A DNA stretch of 64,000 nt from the NCBI GenBank assembly GCA_036374135.1, contig DASUUK010000075.1:14624-78623 (forward strand). The letters are read 5' to 3'. The notes below the pieces were generated by a model. It searched no databases, was not told the origin of the DNA, and saw only the letters and a list, made by a program, of their open reading frames with translations. The DNA is from Euzebyales bacterium. GTDB taxonomy: Bacteria; Actinomycetota; Nitriliruptoria; Euzebyales; JAHELV01. The translations under genes were made by a program, and so were the position numbers. Of this stretch, positions 51,449 to 59,626 are shown piece by piece (position 1 is the stretch's first letter; the number at the start of each line of letters is the position of its first letter).

Positions 51449-51868
51449 ATGGCAGATCCGATGGCCGACGGGCCCACCGAGGAGGAGATGCGGGCGTACC
51501 TGGAGAGCCTCCGGGCGGCGCAGCCGGTCGAGGTGATCGTGCAGGCGTTCGGCCTGCTGGCGACGGCGGCCAACGTCAAGGTCGGTCAGCCCGACGCGCG
51601 CGTCATGATCGACGGCATGGCCGCGCTGCTCGACGCGACGGCCGACAACGTGCCCGAGCAGATCACCGGTCAGATGCGCGAGACCGTGCGCCAGTTGCAG
51701 CTCGCGCAGGTTCAGGCCGAGCAGGACGCGTCGCAGGCGCAGCCTGCCGCCAGTGACGCCGGGGCAACACAGGCGAAGGGGACGGCGGCCGACCAGCCGC
51801 AACCACAGCAGCCCCAACAGCAGCGGCCCGACCCTGCGAGCCGGCTGTGGATTCCTGGACGGGACTGA
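51449..51868 (+). CDS. DUF1844-like protein with Q/P-rich tail
   Basis: 139 aa. The helical core VEVIVQAFGLLATAANVKVGQPDARVMIDGMAALLD resembles DUF1844. This assignment is from memory of the family, not from a search. Confidence 0.45.
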   Translation: MADPMADGPTEEEMRAYLESLRAAQPVEVIVQAFGLLATAANVKVGQPDARVMIDGMAALLDATADNVPEQITGQMRETVRQLQLAQVQAEQDASQAQPAASDAGATQAKGTAADQPQPQQPQQQRPDPASRLWIPGRD

Positions 51869-51951
51869 CCGTCCGGGAGAGCCGACGCGGCGGAACCGGG
51901 AACGGCGTCGGGCGCGCTGTGACAACGGCGTGACGCGCTAGAGTGTGTTGA

Positions 51952-52000
51952 CGCACCAGCCGGCCGGCTGGTGCGCGACGAAGTGGAAGCGGCCGCTTCC
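51952..52000 (+). promoter_or_regulatory. Two perfect GC-rich palindromes in the rpmI-rplT 5' leader (function unknown)
   Basis: CGCACCAGCCGG|CCGGCTGGTGCG (51952-51975, 24 nt perfect) and GGAAGCGG|CCGCTTCC (51985-52000, 16 nt perfect), read directly. They lie about 160-200 nt upstream of the rpmI ATG. Confidence 0.4.
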
Positions 52001-52159
52001 CACCGTGCGGGGCCCGCGACGGGCACCCGGCCCGGTCCATCGGCATGCAGCGCGTGCTGGCGTTCTGGTGTGACGCCCTCGCGTCGGTGCCGCCGTGGCC
52101 CTCCCACCACTTCGAAGGACCGCCCCGGCCGCGCCGCAGCAGACAAGGACGCGACAGCC

Positions 52160-52354
52160 ATGCCAAAGCAGAAGACCCACTCGGGAGCCAAGGACCGGTT
52201 CCGCATCACGCGCAACGGCAAGGTGCTCCACGGACGCCAGAACCGCGGCCACCTGCTCGAGAAGAAGAGCAGTTCGCGCAAGCGTCGCCTGAGCGGCAAG
52301 GGGCAGCTGTCCAAGGGCGACGCTGCACAGATCCGCAAGCTGCTGAGCAGCTAG
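52160..52354 (+). CDS. rpmI: 50S ribosomal protein L35
   Basis: ATG 52160 inside ORF 51971..52354. [22 protein letters not shown]. Confidence 0.95.
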   Translation: MPKQKTHSGAKDRFRITRNGKVLHGRQNRGHLLEKKSSSRKRRLSGKGQLSKGDAAQIRKLLSS

Positions 52355-52364
52355 GGGGAAGGCG

Positions 52365-52721
52365 ATGGCACGAGTGACACGGGGCGTCCACGGCCGCAAG
52401 CAGCGCCGCGCGGTGCTCAACCGCGCCAAAGGCTTCCGCGGCGCGCGCCGCCGTCGCTACCGCGTGGCGAACGAGACCGTGCTGCACGCGATGCGGTACC
52501 AGTACCGCGACCGTCGTGCGCGCAAACGCGACTTCCGGCGCCTCTGGATCACGCGCATCAACGCCGGGGCGCGTCAGCACGGCCTCAGCTACAGCCGGTT
52601 CATCCACGGGCTGAAGCAGGCGGACGTCGCGGTCGACCGCAAGGTGCTCGCCGACCTGGCTGTCCGTGAGCCTGCGGCGTTCGCCAAGCTCGTCGACGTC
52701 GCCAAGGACGCCCTGGGCTGA
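52365..52721 (+). CDS. rplT: 50S ribosomal protein L20
   Basis: 118 aa. [37 protein letters not shown]. Confidence 0.95.
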   Translation: MARVTRGVHGRKQRRAVLNRAKGFRGARRRRYRVANETVLHAMRYQYRDRRARKRDFRRLWITRINAGARQHGLSYSRFIHGLKQADVAVDRKVLADLAVREPAAFAKLVDVAKDALG

Positions 52722-52767
52722 CAGGTCCGACGCACCGCGGGGCATCCGGCACGTAGGTCACCCACCC

Positions 52768-53577
52768 GTGACGTCCGAGCGTCCGGCAGCCATCAGCCAC
52801 CCGGCCGTCAAGGCCGCGCGCCGGCTGCGCCGTCGTCGTGAGCGGGCCGCGAGCGGGCGGCTGCTGGTCGAGGGGCCCAACGCGGTCGACGAAGCGCTCG
52901 ACGCGCTGGTCGAGGTGTTCGTCGCCCCGGACGTGTCCGACCGGGTGCGCGCGACGGTCGCCCGCTGTGTGGCGTCCGGTGTCCCGGTGCGCCCGGTCGA
53001 CGACCGCGCGCTCGACGCGCTCGCCGACGCAAGGACGCCGCAGGGGATCGTCGGTGTGGCGACGCGCCCCGCGCCGGACCTGGACGCGCTGGCGGACGCC
53101 ACCCTGCTGGTCGTGCTGGACCAGGTCGCCGACCCCGGCAACCTGGGGACGGTCATCCGTACCGCCGACGCCGCCGGCGCCGACGGGGTGGTGCTGACCC
53201 ACGGCAGCGTCGACCCGACGAACGCCAAGGTCGTACGCGCCTCCGCGGGGTCACTGTTCCACCTGGCCGTCGTGGACGACGTCGAACCCGCGGCGCTGGC
53301 CGCGCACTGCCGGCATGTGGGCATGCGACTCGTCGGGGCCGTCGCGGACGCCCGGCGGCGCTATGACGACATGTCGTGGTCACCGCCGACAGCTATCGTG
53401 TTCGGCAACGAGGCACACGGGTTGTCCGCCGCGATGCAGCGGCAGATCGCGACGTCGGTGTCCGTACCGATCAGGCGACCGTCGCGGCGGGGGTACCGCG
53501 GGCATGCAGAGTCGCTCAACCTGGCAACGACCGCCGCCATCGTGGTCTTCGAGGTCGCGCGGCAGCGAGGCACCTGA
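52768..53577 (+). CDS. TrmH/SpoU-family RNA 2'-O-methyltransferase (TsnR-like)
   Basis: GTG 52768 inside ORF 52666..53577. PGNLGTVIRTADAAG, FGNEAHGLS, ESLNLATTAAIVVFE. Confidence 0.8.
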   Translation: MTSERPAAISHPAVKAARRLRRRRERAASGRLLVEGPNAVDEALDALVEVFVAPDVSDRVRATVARCVASGVPVRPVDDRALDALADARTPQGIVGVATRPAPDLDALADATLLVVLDQVADPGNLGTVIRTADAAGADGVVLTHGSVDPTNAKVVRASAGSLFHLAVVDDVEPAALAAHCRHVGMRLVGAVADARRRYDDMSWSPPTAIVFGNEAHGLSAAMQRQIATSVSVPIRRPSRRGYRGHAESLNLATTAAIVVFEVARQRGT

Positions 53578-53583
53578 CGATCC

Positions 53584-54654
53584 GTGGGAAGCATGAACGT
53601 CGAGCTCGATCCAGCGCTGGAGCTGTTCCCGGACCCGCTGGTGATCGTCGGCGTCGACGGCACGGTCCGTGCGGCGAACTCGCTGGCGGCCCGGTTGGTG
53701 GGCCGTCCCGTGGACGAGCTCACCGGTGCGCGCGCCAGCGAGATCCTGCCGCTGGAGGAGGCCGGCGGTTCCGACTGGTGGTCGTGCTCGGCGCTGCCCG
53801 CGGCGGACCCCGCAGTGCTGCCACGCGTCGCCGAGCAGACGCTGCTGCTGCGGCGTGACCGGGGCTCCGACGTGCATGTGTCGGTGACGGGGCGTCGGGT
53901 GGCGGGCGACGACGGTCGCACCGATGCCCTCGTCGTGGGCCTGCGCCGCGCCGACCGGCGGTTGCGGGACGAACGCCAGCGCAGCGATCTGATATCGACC
54001 GCGAGCCACGAGTTGCGATCGCCGCTGACGAGCGTCCGCGGGTTCACGAAGACGCTGCTCGCGCGTTGGGACCGCTTCGACGACGCCACCCGCCGGCAGA
54101 TGCTCGCGACGATCGACGAGGACGCCGACCGGGTGACGCGACTGCTGACCGGGCTGCTCGACGTCAGCCGCATCGACGCCGGCCGGCTGCCGCTGCGCCG
54201 ACGCATCGTTGCGCTCGCCGACGTCGTGGAGCCCGCGGTCCGCCACTTCTCACAGGAGCACCCAGACCGCCGGCTGTCCGTCGAGGTCGCCGCGGACCTG
54301 CCCGACGTCGTCGTCGATCCCGACCGCATCGCGCAGGTGCTGACGAACCTGCTCGACAACGCCGTCAAGCACGGCGCAGGCGACGTCACCATCACCGCCG
54401 TGGCGGACAGCGACGAGGTGCGCTGCGTGGTCACCGACGCGGGCGGCGCGATCCCTTCGACCGAGTTGCACCGGCTGTTCGCCAAGTACCATCGGCTCCA
54501 GGGCACGCGCACGAGCGGTCTCGGGCTGGGGTTGTACATCTGCCGTGGGATCGTGACCGCGCACGGTGGCCGCATGTGGGCCAACAGCGATCCCGACGCG
54601 GGCACACGCTTCACCTTCACCGTCCCCGTCGCCGACGTCGAGCTCCGCCCCTGA
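53584..54654 (+). CDS. PAS-domain sensor histidine kinase (no adjacent response regulator)
   Basis: 356 aa. PAS-like N-terminus, H-box ASHELRSPLTSVRGF, N-box LLDNAVKHG, G-boxes DAGGAI and GLGLGLYICRGIV. Confidence 0.85.
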   Translation: MGSMNVELDPALELFPDPLVIVGVDGTVRAANSLAARLVGRPVDELTGARASEILPLEEAGGSDWWSCSALPAADPAVLPRVAEQTLLLRRDRGSDVHVSVTGRRVAGDDGRTDALVVGLRRADRRLRDERQRSDLISTASHELRSPLTSVRGFTKTLLARWDRFDDATRRQMLATIDEDADRVTRLLTGLLDVSRIDAGRLPLRRRIVALADVVEPAVRHFSQEHPDRRLSVEVAADLPDVVVDPDRIAQVLTNLLDNAVKHGAGDVTITAVADSDEVRCVVTDAGGAIPSTELHRLFAKYHRLQGTRTSGLGLGLYICRGIVTAHGGRMWANSDPDAGTRFTFTVPVADVELRP

Positions 54655-54924
54655 CCGGCATCGTCCCCGCAGTGCCGCGCGCACCCGGGTTGACTTCGGC
54701 AGCTCCGATGGCGACAGTGGGGGTGATGGACAGCTCCTCGGCACCGCCGCGCCGCCGGATGTTCAGCGTGCGCTTTTGACGCCGCGGGCGGTTCGACCGG
54801 ATCGGCAGCCTCCCGCGGAGTCGCACCTCCCGGTGCCCGCCTGACCATGTGGCCGCGCGCTCGGCGTGGCCCGCGTCGCGGGCGGCCACACTGGGCGATC
54901 ACCACAGGTCCGTAGGAGCTGACC

Positions 54925-55980
54925 ATGAACGAGTCCGACACTGCCGTGGCGGAGGGCGCCGCCGAGGTCGATGCGGCTGCGCGCGCAGCGCGTGAAGCGA
55001 TCACGTCGGCCGCCTCGCTCGACGCCCTCGACCAGGTGCGCGCAACGCACCTTGGCAAGCGGTCCGCGATGGCGGCGGTCCAGCGGACGCTTGGCCGCCT
55101 GTCCGACGAGGACCGCCGGAACCTGGGCGCCACGATCAACGCCGCGCGCGGCGAGCTCGCACGCCTCGAGGCGGAGCGCCGTTCCGTGCTGGAGGCCGAG
55201 CGGGACGCGGTCGTGCTGGCGCAGGAGGCCATCGACGTCACCCTGCCGCCACGCATCCCCCCGCGCGGCAGCCTGCACCCCGTGACCGAGACGACCGAGG
55301 CCATCGTCGACGTCCTGGTCGGGTTGGGCTACACCGTGCTCGACAGTCCGGAGGTCGAGACCGACTGGCACAACTTCACGGCGCTCAACAGCCCGCCCGA
55401 CCACCCGGCGAAGTCGTTGAGCGACACGATCTACGTGCGGCCGCTCACACCTGACGCACGCCCGACCCCGGACGGCACGACGGGCATCCTGCTGCGCACG
55501 CAGACGTCACCCGGGCAGGTCCGCGCGATGCACGCCCAACCACCGCCGCTGTACATCGTGATCCCGGGCCGCGTGTACCGCTCGGACACCGCCGACGCGA
55601 CGCACCTCCCGATGTTCCACCAGATCGAGGGTCTCGCGGTCGACGAGTCGCTGACGTTCGCCGACCTCAAGGGCACGGTCGTGGCGTTCGCCCGCGCGAT
55701 CCTCGGTTCCGACACCGAGCTGCGCTTCGTGCCCGACCACTTCGCGTTCACCGAGCCGTCCGCCCAGGTCCTGGCCCGCTACGAGGGCAGCTGGATGGAG
55801 CTGCTGGGCTGCGGCATGGTCCACCCCAACGTGCTGCGCGCCGGCGGGTACGACCCCGAGGAGGTCCGGGGCTTCGCGTGGGGCGTCGGCGTCGACAGGA
55901 TGGCCATGCTGCGCCACGGCATCACCGACATCCGCCAGTTCGTCGACAACGACATGCGGTTCCTCGCCAGCTTCGTCTAG
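54925..55980 (+). CDS. pheS: Phenylalanine--tRNA ligase alpha subunit
   Basis: 351 aa. TAGGAG RBS. HPVTET, class II motifs FHQIEGL and GCGMVHPNVL. Confidence 0.95.
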   Translation: MNESDTAVAEGAAEVDAAARAAREAITSAASLDALDQVRATHLGKRSAMAAVQRTLGRLSDEDRRNLGATINAARGELARLEAERRSVLEAERDAVVLAQEAIDVTLPPRIPPRGSLHPVTETTEAIVDVLVGLGYTVLDSPEVETDWHNFTALNSPPDHPAKSLSDTIYVRPLTPDARPTPDGTTGILLRTQTSPGQVRAMHAQPPPLYIVIPGRVYRSDTADATHLPMFHQIEGLAVDESLTFADLKGTVVAFARAILGSDTELRFVPDHFAFTEPSAQVLARYEGSWMELLGCGMVHPNVLRAGGYDPEEVRGFAWGVGVDRMAMLRHGITDIRQFVDNDMRFLASFV

Positions 55981-56016
55981 GCCGCCCGCTGTTCTCCACA
56001 TTCGAAGGTCGAGCTC

Positions 56017-58440
56017 ATGCGTGTCCCACTGTCCTGGCTGACCGACTACATCGATCCCGGCCTGTCGGTCGACGAACTCGCCGACGTGATGACCGGTGGC
56101 GGGTTGATCGTCGAGTCGATCGATCGCCCGACCTCGGGGGTCCGGGGCGTCCGCGTCGCCGAGGTGCGTCACGTCGCTCCGATCGCCGGTAGCGACAAGC
56201 TCTCCCTGGTCGACGTCTTCGACGGTGACGCCGATCACCGCGTCGTGTGCGGTGCCAGCAACTTCGCCGCCGGGGACCGCGTGGCCGTCGCCCTGCCCGG
56301 CGCGGAGCTGCCCGGAGGCCTGCGGATCGACGCGCGGAAGATCTTCGGCCACACCTCGGACGGCATGCTCGCGAGCGGCAGGGAGCTGGGCATCAGCGAC
56401 GACCACCGCGGCATCCTGATCCTCGACGCCGACACGCCGCTGGGCGCCGATCTGCGCGAGTGGCTCGATCTCGACGATCCGGTGTTCGACATCGAGGTCA
56501 CGCCCGACCGTGGCTACCTGTTGTCGATCGTGGGCGTCGCCCGCGACATCGCGGCACTGACCGGCGCGCCCCTCCGCGAGCCCGAGGTCGTCGAGCCGAC
56601 GGGTGGGTGCCGGGTGCCGGTGACGATCGAGGACACCGAACGGTGCCGCCGGTTCCAGGTCCGCACCGTCGACGACGTGCGCATCGGGCCGTCGCCGGCC
56701 TGGCTGCAGCGTCGGCTGATGGCCGCCGGGATGCGGCCGGTGTCCAACGTCGTGGACATCACCAATGCGGTGATGCTCGAGCTGGGCAACCCGATCCACG
56801 CGTACGACGAGGCGCTGCTGGCCGGACCCGAGCTGATCGTGCGCACCGCGCGCCCGGGGGAGCGGCTGCGGACGCTCGACGGCATCGACCGTGACCTCGA
56901 CCCGGAGGATCTGCTGATCTGCGACGCCAAGGGACCCGTCGGCCTGGCGGGCGTGATGGGTGGCGAGGACACCGAGATCAACGACGCGACGACCAACGTC
57001 GTGCTGGAGGTCGCGAACTTCTCGCCGCGGACGGTCCTGCGCACCGTGCGCCGCCATCAACTGGTGACCCAGGGCTCGATGCGCTGGGAGCGCATGGTCC
57101 CGCCGGAGTCCGCCGCTCCGGCGATCACGCGGTGCGCCCGGCTCATCACCGACGTCGCCGGCGGCACGGTCACCGGCGGGGCCGACCACTACCCGAACCC
57201 ACCCGAGCACACGCCGATCACCCTGCGCACGGCACGTGCCGCCGCCTATCTCGGTGCGTCCGTCGATGCCGACGAACAGACGGCGCTGCTCGAGCGCATC
57301 GGCTGCACCGTCGCCGACGACGGGGAGGGACGGCTGGCCGTCACGCGTCCGGCCTATCGACCGGACCTTCGGCTCGAGGTCGATCTGTACGAGGAGATCG
57401 CGCGGATCCACGGGTACGCGGACATCCCCGAGACCCTTCCGTCAACAGGGCAGGCCGGCGCACGCACGGTCGAGGACGCCGCGCGCATCCGCGTACGGCA
57501 CACGCTGGCCGGCGCGGGGTGGCACGAGATCCTGACCGAGCCGTTCATCACAGTCGAGGACCTGTCCGCCCTCGGCTGGACCGACGATGACCGCCGGCTC
57601 GGGACGGTCGCGCTGGTCAACCCGCTGTCACAGGAGGCGGGCGTGTTGCGGACGTCGCTGCTGCCCAGCCTGCTGCGGATCGTGCGCCAGAACGCCAACC
57701 GGCAGGTCGCCGCGGCCGCACTGTTCGAGACCGCCCACGTCTACCTCCCACCGACGGACGACGAGCCGGGCGCGGACGGGGGCCCCGACGACGTGCAGTT
57801 GCCCTACGAACCGCTGATGCTGGGCCTGGTGGCCTACGGCCCGTTCGAGGCGCCACGCCACGACCGACCCGGCCGTGACGTCGACCTGTACGACGCGATC
57901 GGCGTGTGCCAACTGGTCGCGCGCCGCACCGGTCGCCCGGCGCTGGTGCCCGAGCCGACCGACGAGGCGCCGTTCCACCCCGGACGCGCCGCACGGCTGT
58001 CGTTGGACGGTGTGGTGATCGGGGCCGTCGGCGAGGTGCACCCGCGGGTCGTCGATGCGCTCGACCTGCCGCCACGCACGGTCGTCGGCGAGCTCCGCCT
58101 GGAACCGTTGCTGGCCGGGGGTGTCCGTCACCCGCAGGTGACGGGCCCGTCGCTGCTGCCCGGCCTGCGCTTCGACGTCTCGGTCGTCACGGACGGCGAC
58201 GTGCCCGCGCTGGCGATCGAGCAGGCGGTACGCGCCGGGGCCGGCCCGCACCTCACCGACGTGACGTTGTTCGACGTGTACGAGGGCGGCACGCTGGATG
58301 AAGGCCAGCGGTCGCTGGCCTTCCACGTGGCCCTCGACAACGCCACGCGTCAGCTGCGCGACGTCGACGAGGCCGCGGCGATCGACGGGATCGCGGCCAG
58401 CGTCGCCGAGCGGGTCGGCGGTCGGCTGCGCCGTTCCTGA
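56017..58440 (+). CDS. pheT: Phenylalanine--tRNA ligase beta subunit
   Basis: 807 aa. MRVPLSWLTDYI, tRNA-binding, B3/4, B5 and FDX-ACB domains in order. Confidence 0.95.
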   Translation: MRVPLSWLTDYIDPGLSVDELADVMTGGGLIVESIDRPTSGVRGVRVAEVRHVAPIAGSDKLSLVDVFDGDADHRVVCGASNFAAGDRVAVALPGAELPGGLRIDARKIFGHTSDGMLASGRELGISDDHRGILILDADTPLGADLREWLDLDDPVFDIEVTPDRGYLLSIVGVARDIAALTGAPLREPEVVEPTGGCRVPVTIEDTERCRRFQVRTVDDVRIGPSPAWLQRRLMAAGMRPVSNVVDITNAVMLELGNPIHAYDEALLAGPELIVRTARPGERLRTLDGIDRDLDPEDLLICDAKGPVGLAGVMGGEDTEINDATTNVVLEVANFSPRTVLRTVRRHQLVTQGSMRWERMVPPESAAPAITRCARLITDVAGGTVTGGADHYPNPPEHTPITLRTARAAAYLGASVDADEQTALLERIGCTVADDGEGRLAVTRPAYRPDLRLEVDLYEEIARIHGYADIPETLPSTGQAGARTVEDAARIRVRHTLAGAGWHEILTEPFITVEDLSALGWTDDDRRLGTVALVNPLSQEAGVLRTSLLPSLLRIVRQNANRQVAAAALFETAHVYLPPTDDEPGADGGPDDVQLPYEPLMLGLVAYGPFEAPRHDRPGRDVDLYDAIGVCQLVARRTGRPALVPEPTDEAPFHPGRAARLSLDGVVIGAVGEVHPRVVDALDLPPRTVVGELRLEPLLAGGVRHPQVTGPSLLPGLRFDVSVVTDGDVPALAIEQAVRAGAGPHLTDVTLFDVYEGGTLDEGQRSLAFHVALDNATRQLRDVDEAAAIDGIAASVAERVGGRLRRS

Positions 58441-58538
58441 GGGCGCCCGGCGGCCCGGCGCGCTGCCGTCCACCGGGCGGACCGGCACGCCGGCCCCGGT
58501 CGACGTGCTGCGACCCCGTGGCGCCGGGTTGGCTGGGT

Positions 58539-58588
58539 CATGCACCCCTCGCATGGAGCGTGTATAACTATGCACCAGTGCGAATAGG
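58539..58588 (+). promoter_or_regulatory. Candidate ArgR operator (ARG boxes) and promoter region of argCJBDF
   Basis: A locally AT-rich island tcATGCAcccctcGCATggagcgtGTATAACTATGCAccagtgcgaatagg lies immediately 5' of argC. GTATAACTATGCA resembles the actinobacterial ARG-box half-sites (TGCATA..TATGCA type). Confidence 0.4.
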
Positions 58589-58594
58589 TGGTGC

Positions 58595-59626
58595 GTGATG
58601 GATGTCGGCGTGATCGGCGGCTCGGGGTACGGCGGGGCGGAACTGCTGCGCCTGCTGCTCGGACACCCCGCGTTCACGGTGCGAGTCGTCGCGGGCGGCC
58701 GCAGCGCCGGGCAGGCCGTCGCCACGGTGTTCCCACAGCTGCGGGGCACACCGATCGCCGACCACGAGCTGGTCGAGGCGACGCCCGCGGCACTGGCCGA
58801 CTGCGACGTCGTCTTCTCTGCGACACCACATGCCGTCAGCCTGGCGCTCCTGCCCGACCTCGTGTCGAAGGAGCGCACGGTGGTCGACCTGTCCGGAGCG
58901 TTCCGGCTGCACCCCGCCAGGTTCGAGCGGTGGTACGGCGACGAGCACACGAGCCCGTCGCTGACCCCCGCCGTGTACGGACTGCCGGAGCTGACCCGCG
59001 ACGACCTGCCGGGCGCCGAACTGGTCGCCGGGCCGGGGTGCTACCCCACAGCGGCGCTGCTGGCGCTGGTCCCGCTCGTGGGGGTGCTCGGCGACGGCCC
59101 GATCGCCGTGCACGGGATGTCCGGCTGGAGCGGTGCCGGGCGCGGTCTGCGTGACGACCTGCACGCCAGCCACGCGCACGCCAACGTGGCTGCGTACGCC
59201 GCGCCGCGACATCGGCACACGCCGGAGATCAGCGCGCAGTTCACCGCGGCCGGCGGTGGACCGAACCCGATCACGTTCGTGCCGCACCTCGTGCCCATGG
59301 CCCGCGGCATGGTGGTCACCGTGACCGCCGCGCTGGCGGCACCGGACGTTGCACCACACGTCCACGGCATCGTCGCCGAGCACTACCGCGACGAGCCGTT
59401 CGTGTCGGTGCTCGACCCCGGCGCATGGCCCGGGTCGACCCATGTCGTCGGCGGCAACGGTGCCCACATCGGGGTCGCCGTCGATGCGTCGGCGTCCACG
59501 TTGATCGCCTCGTGCGCGCTGGACAACCTGGTCAAGGGCGCCGCGGGGCAGGCGATCCAGGCGGCCAACGTGGCCACGGGCACGGCCGAGACGGCCGGCC
59601 TGCCGATCGCGGGACTGTACCCGTGA
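58595..59626 (+). CDS. argC: N-acetyl-gamma-glutamyl-phosphate reductase
   Basis: 343 aa. VIGGSGYGGAELLRLL, active-site GCYPTA. Confidence 0.95.
   Translation: MMDVGVIGGSGYGGAELLRLLLGHPAFTVRVVAGGRSAGQAVATVFPQLRGTPIADHELVEATPAALADCDVVFSATPHAVSLALLPDLVSKERTVVDLSGAFRLHPARFERWYGDEHTSPSLTPAVYGLPELTRDDLPGAELVAGPGCYPTAALLALVPLVGVLGDGPIAVHGMSGWSGAGRGLRDDLHASHAHANVAAYAAPRHRHTPEISAQFTAAGGGPNPITFVPHLVPMARGMVVTVTAALAAPDVAPHVHGIVAEHYRDEPFVSVLDPGAWPGSTHVVGGNGAHIGVAVDASASTLIASCALDNLVKGAAGQAIQAANVATGTAETAGLPIAGLYP

Noticed and set aside
54654-54925. T-box riboswitch or Phe-rich leader peptide upstream of pheS
   Set aside because: I could not find the conserved T-box sequence or specifier-loop architecture, and the only uORF contains no Phe codons.
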